Origin: an uncultured archaeon | GTDB lineage: Archaea; Iainarchaeota; Iainarchaeia; Iainarchaeales; VGJJ01 | Assembly (NCBI GenBank): GCA_964372665.1 | Contig: CAYJRE010000002.1 | Span: 768-49,338 of the forward strand | Length of the DNA stretch: 48,571 nucleotides | Reading direction: 5' to 3' | Shown here: positions 38,274 to 47,358 of the stretch, piece after piece | How the letters are laid out: each line of letters opens with the position of its first letter | Position numbering within the stretch: position 1 is the stretch's first letter | Notes under the pieces: model-generated | Seen by the model: the letters and a program-made list of their open reading frames with translations, nothing else | What the model was told of the DNA's origin: nothing | Databases searched by the model: none | Made by a program: the position numbers and the translations under genes

Positions 38274-39260
38274 ATGCGCTTCTATTCCCTCGAAAACCCG
38301 GAAGCATTGATAAAAAACGCCTTCGCCTATGCCCGGAAACGCGACCACATGAAACGAACGCGCACGAGCCAAATCCAACACCGCAAAGAGAAAGTCTCGT
38401 ATAAAATAGAACATTTTCATGAATACTTGGACAAGCAGCTCACGCACATGGTCCAATCCGTCCCGCGGTTCGATGCCCTGCACCCGTTCTATCAAGAACT
38501 GCTGCCCGAGACCGTGCAGCTTGGAAAGATAAAACAGGCCGTCTCGCACTTGGTGAGCGTACGGAGGCTGTTGAAGAGACAATTGTACGCGGGAAAACGC
38601 TCCCTGTATTCTCCGGCTGCCGACGCACTGCCTCATATGAAGAAAGAGAGCGCCCGATACTTTGGGCGATGCGCCTCCATCATCAAGAGTCTAGGAAAAA
38701 CAATCGAGGTATTGCAAGAAGCCAATCGCCAACTCAAAGAAGTTCCCGAGATTCGAACCGACATTCCAACCCTGATTTTGGCGGGTTACCCTAACACAGG
38801 AAAAACAACTTTATTAACTCGATTGACCGGTAGCAAAGCCAAGATTGCGGCTTATCCCTTCACCACTCAATCCATCCAATTGGGGTATTTTTCCATGCGC
38901 TACCGCGAAGTCCAAGTCATCGATACGCCCGGCTTGCTCGACCGCGAAGACGAACTGCGGAATCCCATTGAAAAGAAAGCCTTGGCCGCACTCAAACACT
39001 TGGCGACCTGCATCATTTTCGTGGTGGACCCCACTCCCTCCGCGGGATATTCGCTCGAAAAACAATTTTCTCTGTTGGAACGCCTAAAAAAACAATTTTC
39101 AGTGCCATTCATTCCCGTATTCAACAAATGCGACCTCGCCACGCCCGAACAAATCCAAGAGGCCGAAAAAAAATTCGGGATTGATTCGGTGAGGGAAGGG
39201 GAAGGAATAACAAGCAGCCTAAAGGATAAAATCTGGCGCGGGCTCGGATTCGGACGATAA
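38274..39260 (+). CDS. NOG1-family GTPase
   Basis: LHPFYQEL, GYPNTGKT, YPFTT, DTPGLLDR, NKCD. Confidence 0.92.
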   Translation: MRFYSLENPEALIKNAFAYARKRDHMKRTRTSQIQHRKEKVSYKIEHFHEYLDKQLTHMVQSVPRFDALHPFYQELLPETVQLGKIKQAVSHLVSVRRLLKRQLYAGKRSLYSPAADALPHMKKESARYFGRCASIIKSLGKTIEVLQEANRQLKEVPEIRTDIPTLILAGYPNTGKTTLLTRLTGSKAKIAAYPFTTQSIQLGYFSMRYREVQVIDTPGLLDREDELRNPIEKKALAALKHLATCIIFVVDPTPSAGYSLEKQFSLLERLKKQFSVPFIPVFNKCDLATPEQIQEAEKKFGIDSVREGEGITSSLKDKIWRGLGFGR

Positions 39261-39310
39261 AAAAGGGGTTATTCCTTCACCATTAAATAGGCCCGTTGGC
39301 TATTTTCTGC

Positions 39311-39784
39311 ATGAGCAAGCTCACGTTCGAACAGCACATGGTGAATTTTTACCGGACCCTATTCTCGCTCTTAGGGGTTTTCATCGTGGTCGGAATATTG
39401 CTTTTCGTGGTATCAAACATTAACCAAGCAGGGTTTGCCGCGAGCGGTTCCATCCAACCAGAGTTTAAAATTGGAACCAACCTTTCCAGCCGACCCTTTG
39501 ATTCAGAAGGCCTCTCCATCCCATTCCGCGTCACCCTACTTGCCTCTGCGCAGATTGAAGTCAAAGAAATTATTCTCTCTATTGATGGGAAACTCGTGAC
39601 GGCGGACTTCCGGCGAATATCAACTGGCAACACATTTTATTCCTCTGAACTCGTTTCCCAAATCTTTTCACCCTACCGCGATGGAATCCCCCACTTGTTA
39701 CATATCGAAGTTTCAACCGAAAAGGGAAGCCTTTCTAAGGAATACCAATTCGTTAATACGAATGGAAGAATTCAAATTCGTTAA
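39311..39784 (+). CDS. Membrane-anchored hypothetical protein
   Basis: Single N-terminal TM followed by an Ig-like beta domain. Confidence 0.65.
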   Translation: MSKLTFEQHMVNFYRTLFSLLGVFIVVGILLFVVSNINQAGFAASGSIQPEFKIGTNLSSRPFDSEGLSIPFRVTLLASAQIEVKEIILSIDGKLVTADFRRISTGNTFYSSELVSQIFSPYRDGIPHLLHIEVSTEKGSLSKEYQFVNTNGRIQIR

Positions 39785-39925
39785 AGCCACGCGCCCTTAC
39801 CTAAACCTTTAAGAGCAATAAAATCCTGTAGAAGGACAGCGCGCTTTGATTGCGTGCGATGCCTTGACATCGGCGATTACTCCAATTTCGATTGTCAAAA
39901 AATAAAATGGTTGGGAGAAAATAGT

Positions 39926-40210
39926 ATGGCTAAAAAGAAAATAGATTTAGGGAAAGTAAGGCAAGACATCGAAGCGATTGCAGAACTCATGACTGGCTTA
40001 GTCGAAGACAACAGCGTTCCCCGAAATATCCGAGGAACAGTTGAAGAGGCCCGAAAAAACATTCTTTCCGCAACCGACGATGTGGCCTTGTCCCGCGCCA
40101 TCTACTTATTGGATGACGTTTCCAACGACATCAATCTCCCCAGCCACTCCCGAACCGAACTATGGGCGATCATCTCCGAACTCGAGGCACTCAAGGAAAA
40201 ACTCGGGTAA
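39926..40210 (+). CDS. UPF0147 family protein
   Basis: EDNSVPRNIR, LDDVSNDINLPSHSRTELWAIISELE. Confidence 0.9.
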   Translation: MAKKKIDLGKVRQDIEAIAELMTGLVEDNSVPRNIRGTVEEARKNILSATDDVALSRAIYLLDDVSNDINLPSHSRTELWAIISELEALKEKLG

Positions 40211-40215
40211 TACGC

Positions 40216-41817
40216 GTGAATACCGAAAACCAAGCTAATCTACAACAAAATTCAGTTCCTTTCGAGCTTACCCAAACGACAAAAGACGTTTCGTCTACCC
40301 GAGAAAAAATACTCCGCTATGCCGAACAGAAAGGACTCATCCTCCACAGCAACAGCCTTTCTTTGCTCGAAGAAAACGATTACGAAAAAATCCTGGATAC
40401 GCTTGCGAATGAAAACACTTTCTTCATCACACAGGCCCACATCGAACGAAAAATAAAGCCGGAAACTAAACCCATTCCTCGAAACGAAACCATTTCCTTC
40501 TCCACGGAAAGCGTTTCCCTCCAATCAAAATCCCTTTCGCAGGAATATTCCCCCAACTATCGCATCCTGCACCACCTCAATTACCCCGGCGCCAGTGAGT
40601 CCAAGGGAAAAGCCAACGATTTTCTCCAACTATTCCATGACAAATACCACTTTTTGTTCAGCGAACTCAAAAACCGGGGATTTCAACCCAAACCATTATC
40701 CAAGATGGACCGACAAGGTCGCGATACCGAATTCGATATCATTGTCATGGTATCCGAAAAACAAGAAACCAAAAATGGTCACATCTTACTCACCATCGAA
40801 GATTTGGAAGGCCACGCAAAAGCCCTCATCCCTGCTTCAGACCCCGGACTCATGAAAAAAGCCCATCGCATCACAGTGGATGATGTCATTGGGATGAAAG
40901 TCAAGCTCGCGCGAACAGGAGATCTTCTCATCGTTAAAGACTTTTCATGGCCCGACCTGCCTCAACGAAAACCCAAAACCAGCGAAGTGGACCTCGGATT
41001 GCTTGTCACGAGCGACATCCATATCGGAAGCAAATTGTTTCTCCGAAACTGGTGGGAAAAATTCCTCCAATGGGTAAACCGAGACATTGGCAGCGAAAAA
41101 GAAAAAGAACGCGTGGGAAAACTCAAGTATATGGTGATTGCAGGAGACACGGTAGATGGAATAGGCGTTTATCCCAACCAAATAAACGAGCTCGAGGTAA
41201 AAGACATATACGAACAATACAACCAATTCCAAAACTATCTCCTCCAGATCCCCGAACACATCGAAATATTCATCACGCCGGGAAATCACGACCCATGCCG
41301 GTGGCACGATCCGCAACCCCCCATCATCAAGGAGTTTGTTCCCCAGCTCTACCGACAAAAAAACATCCACTTCCTCCCTTCCCCCGCGTGGTTGGAAATA
41401 GAAGGACAAAAAACCCTCATCTATCACGGAAGCGGGCTCATCGGAACGATGTTTGCGCTCAATATCTCTCCCACGCGCCCGGACGAGGCGATCAAGGAAC
41501 TCCTCATCAAGCGCGATTTGATGAGCGTGTACGGCACCAAACACCCCTACGCCCCCGAGCCGCGCGCCTACATGCTCGTGCGTGAACACCCGGACATCTA
41601 CATCGGGGGAGACAACCACCACAACGCGTACGCGCAATACCGCGGAACCACCATCATTAACAATGGGTGCTGGCAAACCACCTCCGCGTACGCAGCGAGC
41701 AAGGGATTCATCAACACCCCCGGAAGAGTGCCCCAATTCTCACTCAAGAACGCGAGCATCCGAGAAAGCCGGTTCGACAAGAGCGAACCCACCGTGGCAA
41801 GGAGTCTCAATCCATGA
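40216..41817 (+). CDS. polB: DNA polymerase D small subunit DP1
   Basis: OB fold; phosphoesterase motifs SDIHIG, GDTVDG, PGNHD, YHG, NNGCWQ; start uncertain. Confidence 0.93.
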   Translation: MNTENQANLQQNSVPFELTQTTKDVSSTREKILRYAEQKGLILHSNSLSLLEENDYEKILDTLANENTFFITQAHIERKIKPETKPIPRNETISFSTESVSLQSKSLSQEYSPNYRILHHLNYPGASESKGKANDFLQLFHDKYHFLFSELKNRGFQPKPLSKMDRQGRDTEFDIIVMVSEKQETKNGHILLTIEDLEGHAKALIPASDPGLMKKAHRITVDDVIGMKVKLARTGDLLIVKDFSWPDLPQRKPKTSEVDLGLLVTSDIHIGSKLFLRNWWEKFLQWVNRDIGSEKEKERVGKLKYMVIAGDTVDGIGVYPNQINELEVKDIYEQYNQFQNYLLQIPEHIEIFITPGNHDPCRWHDPQPPIIKEFVPQLYRQKNIHFLPSPAWLEIEGQKTLIYHGSGLIGTMFALNISPTRPDEAIKELLIKRDLMSVYGTKHPYAPEPRAYMLVREHPDIYIGGDNHHNAYAQYRGTTIINNGCWQTTSAYAASKGFINTPGRVPQFSLKNASIRESRFDKSEPTVARSLNP

Positions 41818-44800
41818 AACTCGATATCGATCTCGCCGCAGACGCACACACGAAGGCCTATTTCGAAGCCCTCATCCAACGTGTAACGAGCCAATTCGAA
41901 CTCGCCCAACGCGCCCGCGCCAGGGGATCCGATGTGAGCACGGAAGTGGAGTGCATTCCCGTGACGGATTTAGCGGATCGAACAGAAAAACTCACTGGGC
42001 CCGAGGGAGTGGCCAAGCGTTTCCGAGAAATATTGGCCGAAAACAAGAATGACCGGATGAAATCCATATTTCAAATATTCAAGGAAGTAGTCTTGGAGGA
42101 AGGAAACTGGTATCACGAACCCAACATGGAAAAGCGCGTGGAGCAAGCCACGAAGACCGCACTCGTAATCATGACGGAGGGCGTGGTCGTGGCACCCCTC
42201 GACGGGATCCCCTACGTGAAACTCTCCGACAATGCAGACGGAACCAAATACGTGGACATCTATTTCGCAGGACCCATTCGCGCAGCGGGAGGGAGTGCGG
42301 CCGTCTTGCCTCTCATATTAGGGGATTATGCGCGAAAATTGCTGGGGCTCGCGCGCTATCAACCCACGAATGATGAAATAGAACGATATGCAGAAGAAGT
42401 GGATCTTTACCAAACGGACGTGGTGTCGCGACAAATCAAACTCACGGCAGACGAACTTCGCACCATCGCAAACGGGTGCCCGGTCTGCATCAATGGAATC
42501 CCAACCGAAGACCTGGAAGTTTCCACGTGGAGAAACCTTCCCCGCATCCCCACTAATCGCATCCGCGGAGGAATGGGATTAGTTGTCACTGAAGGATTGG
42601 GGCTCAAAGCCCTCAAAGTGATGTCGTGGGCCAAACAATTGGACCTAGACTGGTCTTTCCTCGAAAAAATAATCAAGGTCGAAAAGAAAGCCGACCAGGT
42701 GGTGGAACTCAAGCCCAACTGGAAATATTTGGAAGGCGTGGCCGCAGGGAGACCACTCATCGCATATCCTTCCGAATGGGGAGGATTCCGCTTGCGCTAT
42801 GGAAGGAGCCGAAACACAGGCTGCGCAGGAAAAGGAATAAACGCAGCATTGATGTATCTGCTCGACGAGTTCATCGCCATCGGAACCCATGTGCGAATCG
42901 AACGCCCAGGGAAAGCCGCACAACTATTTCCCGTTGAAACGATTGATGGACCCACCGTCAAGCTCAAAGACGGGAGCGTGAGACAAATAAACACGATCAA
43001 GGACGCTCAAGCAGTCCGTCCCTTCCTCGAAAAAATAATTTTTGTTGGGGACATGCTCATCACGCTGGGAGATTATCGGAAGGCCGCGCACCCATTGACT
43101 CCCAGCCCCTTCGTTCCCGAATGGTGGGTCCTCCTCGTCGAAAAAGCCATCAAGGAAGGAAAGCAAACCACAGTCAACGTTCAACCGTATTTGGAAAACC
43201 CATTCCAGGAAATACCATTCGAAGAGGCCAAAAAGATATCTGAGGAATTGCATGTCCCCCTCCACCCCAATCACACGTGGTTCTACAAGGGATGGTCCCT
43301 CGAAGAGGCCAAGCACGTGATCGACGAAATACGGAAAGCGAATGATTCCGTGCTGGGACTGGGGCCGCTTTCATTCCCCCACACTCCAACATTCAAAAAA
43401 CTCCTCGAAAAAACAGGAATCCCCCACACGGTGGATGAAAAGACCATTTATTTGGATGAAAACGTTTCCGAAGCCCTGCGATTGTTCGCGCGGAACAACG
43501 TGGAACCCATCCATCTCGAGGATACGCCTTTATCCCTGCTCTCGCGCGCAGCCGGAATAACTATTCTGGACAAGGTGGGAACATTCTCCGGCGCACGCAT
43601 GGGGAGGCCAGAAGCCGCCACTCCCCGAGCAATGAAAGGAAACCCCCACGTACTATTTCCCATCGGAATTGCAGGAGGAGCCACGCGCTCGATTAACCGC
43701 GCCGCGGGACTTGTTACCATCAAAGGAAAATCCCATTCCGAAAACAACGGGAAAATCAGCGTCGAAATAGCCTTGTTCGAATGCTCCCACTGCCACTACC
43801 TGGGAGCGCGCCGATTCTGCGTCAAATGCCACGCCCCCACGCGCGCCAAATACCTTTGCACCAACCGAGAGTGCCTCGCGCTGAACAACCAAACCAAATG
43901 CGCCAGCTGCGGATATCCCGCAAAGTCCGGGCAAGAATACGAAATAAACGTGCGGAACGAATTGGAGTGGGCCGCCAAAAACCTCATCGAACGGATTCCC
44001 GAGCCCGTGAAAGGAGTGAAAGGACTCATCACGGATGAGAAGAATGCCGAGCCCCTCGAAAAAGGGATATTGCGCGCCAAACACGACTTGCACGTTTTCC
44101 GCGACGGCACGAGCCGATTCGAGCTGCTCAACGCGCCGCTCACGCACTTCTACCCACGCGAGATAGGGCTCACCGTCAAAAAAGCGAATGAATTAGGATA
44201 TTTTTTCGACGCACATGGAAAACCATTGGAGAGAGACGATCAGCTCGTGGAGATGTTCGTTCAAGACATCGTCGTGAACGAAAAATGCGGGGAATGGCTG
44301 CTGCGCGCCACGCAATACGTGGACGATTTGCTGAACAAGTTCTACAAGCTCGAACCCTACTACAATGCCCAAACCAAAGAAGACATCATCGGGGAACTCA
44401 TTATCGGATTGGCCCCCCACACGAGCGCTGGAATCGTGGGACGCGTAATAGGCTATTCCGAAACACGATTGGGATGGGGGCATCCCTATTTCATTATGTG
44501 CAAGAGAAGGAACGCAGATGGAGATCAGGATAGCGTCATGCTCCTCATGGATGCCCTGCTCAATTTTTCACATTCCTTCCTCGCCCATTCCCGTGGGGGA
44601 AGGATGGATGCCCCGCTCGTCTTCACGATCGCGCTCAACCCGCAAGAAATTGATGACGAAGTCTATGAAATGGAGGTCTGCGAACGATACCCCTTGAGCT
44701 TGTACGAAAAAAGCCTCACGTTCTCCGAACCAAAAATAGACGATGTGCCCATTGTGAAGAAAAAGATAGGGAAAGAGGACCAATACATCCATTTGAACTT

Positions 44801-45263
44801 CACGCATACCACCTCGGGATTCGATTTGGGGCCCGTGCAGAGCAGTTACACCAAGCTCAAGACCATGGAAGAGAAACTCCACAGTCAAGCGCGTCTGCAG
44901 GCCAAGCTCGTTCCCCTCCAATTCCAGGATTCGATGGAAAGGGTAGTGGTTTCACACTTGTTTCCCGATATCATTGGGAACACGCGCGCTTTTTCCCGCC
45001 AAACATTCCGCTGCACCAAATGCAACGCCAAATACCGGCGCATCCCCCTCACGGGAAACTGCCGCAAGTGCCAAGGGGGAAACATCATCCTCACGATTGC
45101 ACAGGGAAGCGTGCGAAAATACTTGGAAATAGCCAAAGACATCATCCACTCGTACAATCTGAGTGATTACCTGAAACAACGCATCCAACTCGCGGAAACC
45201 GAGATAGATGCAGTATTCCCTCCGGAGAAACAAACACAAAAGTCTTTATTCGAATTCGCCTAA
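41814..45263 (+). CDS. polC: DNA polymerase D large subunit DP2
   Basis: TEGVVVAP, YFAGPIRAAGG, GFRLRYGRSR, GARMGRPE, KRRNADGDQD, C-terminal zinc finger, PIP-box QKSLFEF; ATGA overlap with DP1. Confidence 0.97.
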   Translation: MKLDIDLAADAHTKAYFEALIQRVTSQFELAQRARARGSDVSTEVECIPVTDLADRTEKLTGPEGVAKRFREILAENKNDRMKSIFQIFKEVVLEEGNWYHEPNMEKRVEQATKTALVIMTEGVVVAPLDGIPYVKLSDNADGTKYVDIYFAGPIRAAGGSAAVLPLILGDYARKLLGLARYQPTNDEIERYAEEVDLYQTDVVSRQIKLTADELRTIANGCPVCINGIPTEDLEVSTWRNLPRIPTNRIRGGMGLVVTEGLGLKALKVMSWAKQLDLDWSFLEKIIKVEKKADQVVELKPNWKYLEGVAAGRPLIAYPSEWGGFRLRYGRSRNTGCAGKGINAALMYLLDEFIAIGTHVRIERPGKAAQLFPVETIDGPTVKLKDGSVRQINTIKDAQAVRPFLEKIIFVGDMLITLGDYRKAAHPLTPSPFVPEWWVLLVEKAIKEGKQTTVNVQPYLENPFQEIPFEEAKKISEELHVPLHPNHTWFYKGWSLEEAKHVIDEIRKANDSVLGLGPLSFPHTPTFKKLLEKTGIPHTVDEKTIYLDENVSEALRLFARNNVEPIHLEDTPLSLLSRAAGITILDKVGTFSGARMGRPEAATPRAMKGNPHVLFPIGIAGGATRSINRAAGLVTIKGKSHSENNGKISVEIALFECSHCHYLGARRFCVKCHAPTRAKYLCTNRECLALNNQTKCASCGYPAKSGQEYEINVRNELEWAAKNLIERIPEPVKGVKGLITDEKNAEPLEKGILRAKHDLHVFRDGTSRFELLNAPLTHFYPREIGLTVKKANELGYFFDAHGKPLERDDQLVEMFVQDIVVNEKCGEWLLRATQYVDDLLNKFYKLEPYYNAQTKEDIIGELIIGLAPHTSAGIVGRVIGYSETRLGWGHPYFIMCKRRNADGDQDSVMLLMDALLNFSHSFLAHSRGGRMDAPLVFTIALNPQEIDDEVYEMEVCERYPLSLYEKSLTFSEPKIDDVPIVKKKIGKEDQYIHLNFTHTTSGFDLGPVQSSYTKLKTMEEKLHSQARLQAKLVPLQFQDSMERVVVSHLFPDIIGNTRAFSRQTFRCTKCNAKYRRIPLTGNCRKCQGGNIILTIAQGSVRKYLEIAKDIIHSYNLSDYLKQRIQLAETEIDAVFPPEKQTQKSLFEFA

Positions 45264-45272
45264 AACAAAAAT

Positions 45273-45881
45273 ATGCCCATTTCACAAATAACCCCCGAAA
45301 AATGGTTGCCGAAGACCCCCGACGAGAAAGAGCGAATAATCGCGGAAGTCGTTCGGCTTTCCGGTGATTTTTTGACGAGCGGCCGCAGGGAGACATGGCA
45401 CGTTTCCCCTTTTCTCAAGACCCTTCAGCAAAAGGATGGAATCCCGGATTTCCTGAAGCAGGGCGGCGGTCTCTTCGTTTGGGAGAAAAATGGACGCGTT
45501 TCCGGAATAACCCTTTTTCGTCCTTCAAGCGAACGAAAAGGATGGTTAGAGATCGCACTCCTGCTCACCCGCACGGGCGAAGAGCGAAGAAGAATCGGAA
45601 GGCAGCTATTCGCGGCAGCCGTTTCGTATGCCCGTGCCAAAAAATACAAAGGGGCCTATGCCAAGGGGCAATCGGAATCCGGAAAAGATTTTATCATAAA
45701 CGTTTCAAGCCTATTCCCGCGCCGGAATATCCGAGGAAAGGAATCCCTTGCTCGCGAGCACGCGACACTCATCCCGGGAAGGGGCGTTGTCGAACTCCAA
45801 ATATCCTTTGAAAAACGGCAAACACCCTCCATTCCAAGAAAAAAACCATGGTATGCCCGATTATTTGGTCGTAGGAGGTAA
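45273..45881 (+). CDS. GNAT-family acetyltransferase
   Basis: LEIALLLT and acetyl-CoA motif ERRRIGRQL; basic C-terminus. Confidence 0.7.
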   Translation: MPISQITPEKWLPKTPDEKERIIAEVVRLSGDFLTSGRRETWHVSPFLKTLQQKDGIPDFLKQGGGLFVWEKNGRVSGITLFRPSSERKGWLEIALLLTRTGEERRRIGRQLFAAAVSYARAKKYKGAYAKGQSESGKDFIINVSSLFPRRNIRGKESLAREHATLIPGRGVVELQISFEKRQTPSIPRKKPWYARLFGRRR

Positions 45882-45885
45882 TTTT

Positions 45886-46659
45886 TTAGGTGGGCGTGGG
45901 CAGCTTCACAAACCCAATCCCCAAAAGGATAATCGCAATAATGATCAAAACGAGGATAATGAGCCGCCGGTTCGGGTGCTCCTTTCCATGCTGAAACAAC
46001 AAAACGACATCGCGAGCAAAACTTTCCAAATAGCCGGACCAATCTTTGGGATTCTTCAAATCGTGAATGGTTTCCTCCAACAACTCGCCACGCGTCTGGC
46101 CCCGATACGGGATCCCGCTCTCCCCGTTCTCGAACTCGCCTGATACCGCATTGATTTTGAGCCGCACGCTCGTCTCCTCATCCAGATCCAATGCGAACGA
46201 CCAGTACGGGACATACACGAGGCGCATCCCCGAAATATGGACATTCGACTTGGGCACCTTTTCGTGCGCAGCAATCTTGATCTGGGCATTGGTCTTGGCT
46301 TCCTCCAAACTAAAACGAGGATTTTTCACGTTAACTTGGACATTTTTTCCCACCGAAAACTCGGCTTTCACCATCTCCGGGGGCGCCAGTTCCGGGACCA
46401 CCTCATCTAGCATGTTGGTGATGGCATTCAGGCTGCTCTCGCCCTGCGAGGATTCCGCCACATTCTTGCTTTTGGTCTGCTCTTCCTCCGTTTCCGTGAA
46501 GGAATCGTAATGAAACACGTAGAACGGGACCAACTCCGACGTTGGATTAGGGATATCCTCCAAATCCCACTTGTTGGCCTCCAACTCGTTCCACACGATA
46601 TCCTTGGCTTCCTCGATCCCGACCTTCAATGGCAAAGAGGCAACCGGATAAGTCGTCAT
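45886..46659 (-). CDS. Hypothetical protein with C-terminal TM anchor
   Basis: Two internally similar units (VPFYVF...LNAIT and VPYWSF...INAVSG); C-terminal hydrophobic helix. Confidence 0.7.
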   Translation of the reverse strand: MTTYPVASLPLKVGIEEAKDIVWNELEANKWDLEDIPNPTSELVPFYVFHYDSFTETEEEQTKSKNVAESSQGESSLNAITNMLDEVVPELAPPEMVKAEFSVGKNVQVNVKNPRFSLEEAKTNAQIKIAAHEKVPKSNVHISGMRLVYVPYWSFALDLDEETSVRLKINAVSGEFENGESGIPYRGQTRGELLEETIHDLKNPKDWSGYLESFARDVVLLFQHGKEHPNRRLIILVLIIIAIILLGIGFVKLPTPT

Positions 46660-46751
46660 ATCACGGGAAAAAAGAAAACGAGTTCAAAAAGGTGCTGGAA
46701 AAAGAGAGAAAAAACGGGGATAAGACCCCGCCCCCAAAATAAAGAACTTGC

Positions 46752-47120
46752 TTATTGCGTGGTCGGAATCTTTCGCTTCATTATCTTGACGCGCGCGGGA
46801 GTAATCAAAATCCTTCCCTGCGAGATTCCCGCAATATCCCCATCGATGCGTGAAACCAAATCCTTGATGGAAATGATGGCATCTCGAACCCCTTTGGGGT
46901 TTCGCTTCTGCGAATCCTCAATGTTCAACAACACCAAATTTCCTTCCTTGAGCTCGTGTTCCACCGAACCCAAATCCTCGGCTCCACGCAGGGTCATCGG
47001 TTTAACGTACGCATCCGCGTCCTCATACGCGGCTTCCTCTTCCACATCCATGTTGTTGAGGAACTCTTCCACATCCACTTGTTCGGTTTGGCTCGAAAAC
47101 ACTCGATCTAAAAAACCCAT
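46752..47120 (-). CDS. sepF: Cell division protein SepF
   Basis: Amphipathic N-terminus MGFLDRVF, ELKEGNLVLLNI, IDGDIAGI, ILITP..VKI. Confidence 0.9.
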   Translation of the reverse strand: MGFLDRVFSSQTEQVDVEEFLNNMDVEEEAAYEDADAYVKPMTLRGAEDLGSVEHELKEGNLVLLNIEDSQKRNPKGVRDAIISIKDLVSRIDGDIAGISQGRILITPARVKIMKRKIPTTQ

Positions 47121-47292
47121 CTGATTTCCCCCTCACGATACCCTTTCAAAAAGGCATTTTTTTTATGGCCATTTAGACACGAAAACATTCCCATCTCCAA
47201 TGGCATTGGCAGCTTTTTTCCCGGTTTTCGACCAAGCAAAAAGGCCGTGTTGGACATATCTCGCTGTTCAACTTATTAAAGGTACTCTTTCC

Positions 47293-47320
47293 TTTCCGAA
47301 CTCGGAAACTTAAAATGGGG
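47293..47320 (+). promoter_or_regulatory. ORB-like dyad plus G-string upstream of cdc6
   Basis: TTTCCGA-AC-TCGGAAA-CTTAAAAT-GGGG, downstream of TATA-like TTATTAAA. Confidence 0.4.
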
Positions 47321-47358
47321 TTATGCTCCTAAAAGACAAGGGCCAAGGTTGGGATGGT

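Noticed and set aside
41814..45263. Inteins in DP2 (also checked infB and cdc6)
   Set aside because: Lengths are normal, motifs are contiguous, and no splicing or LAGLIDADG motifs are visible.
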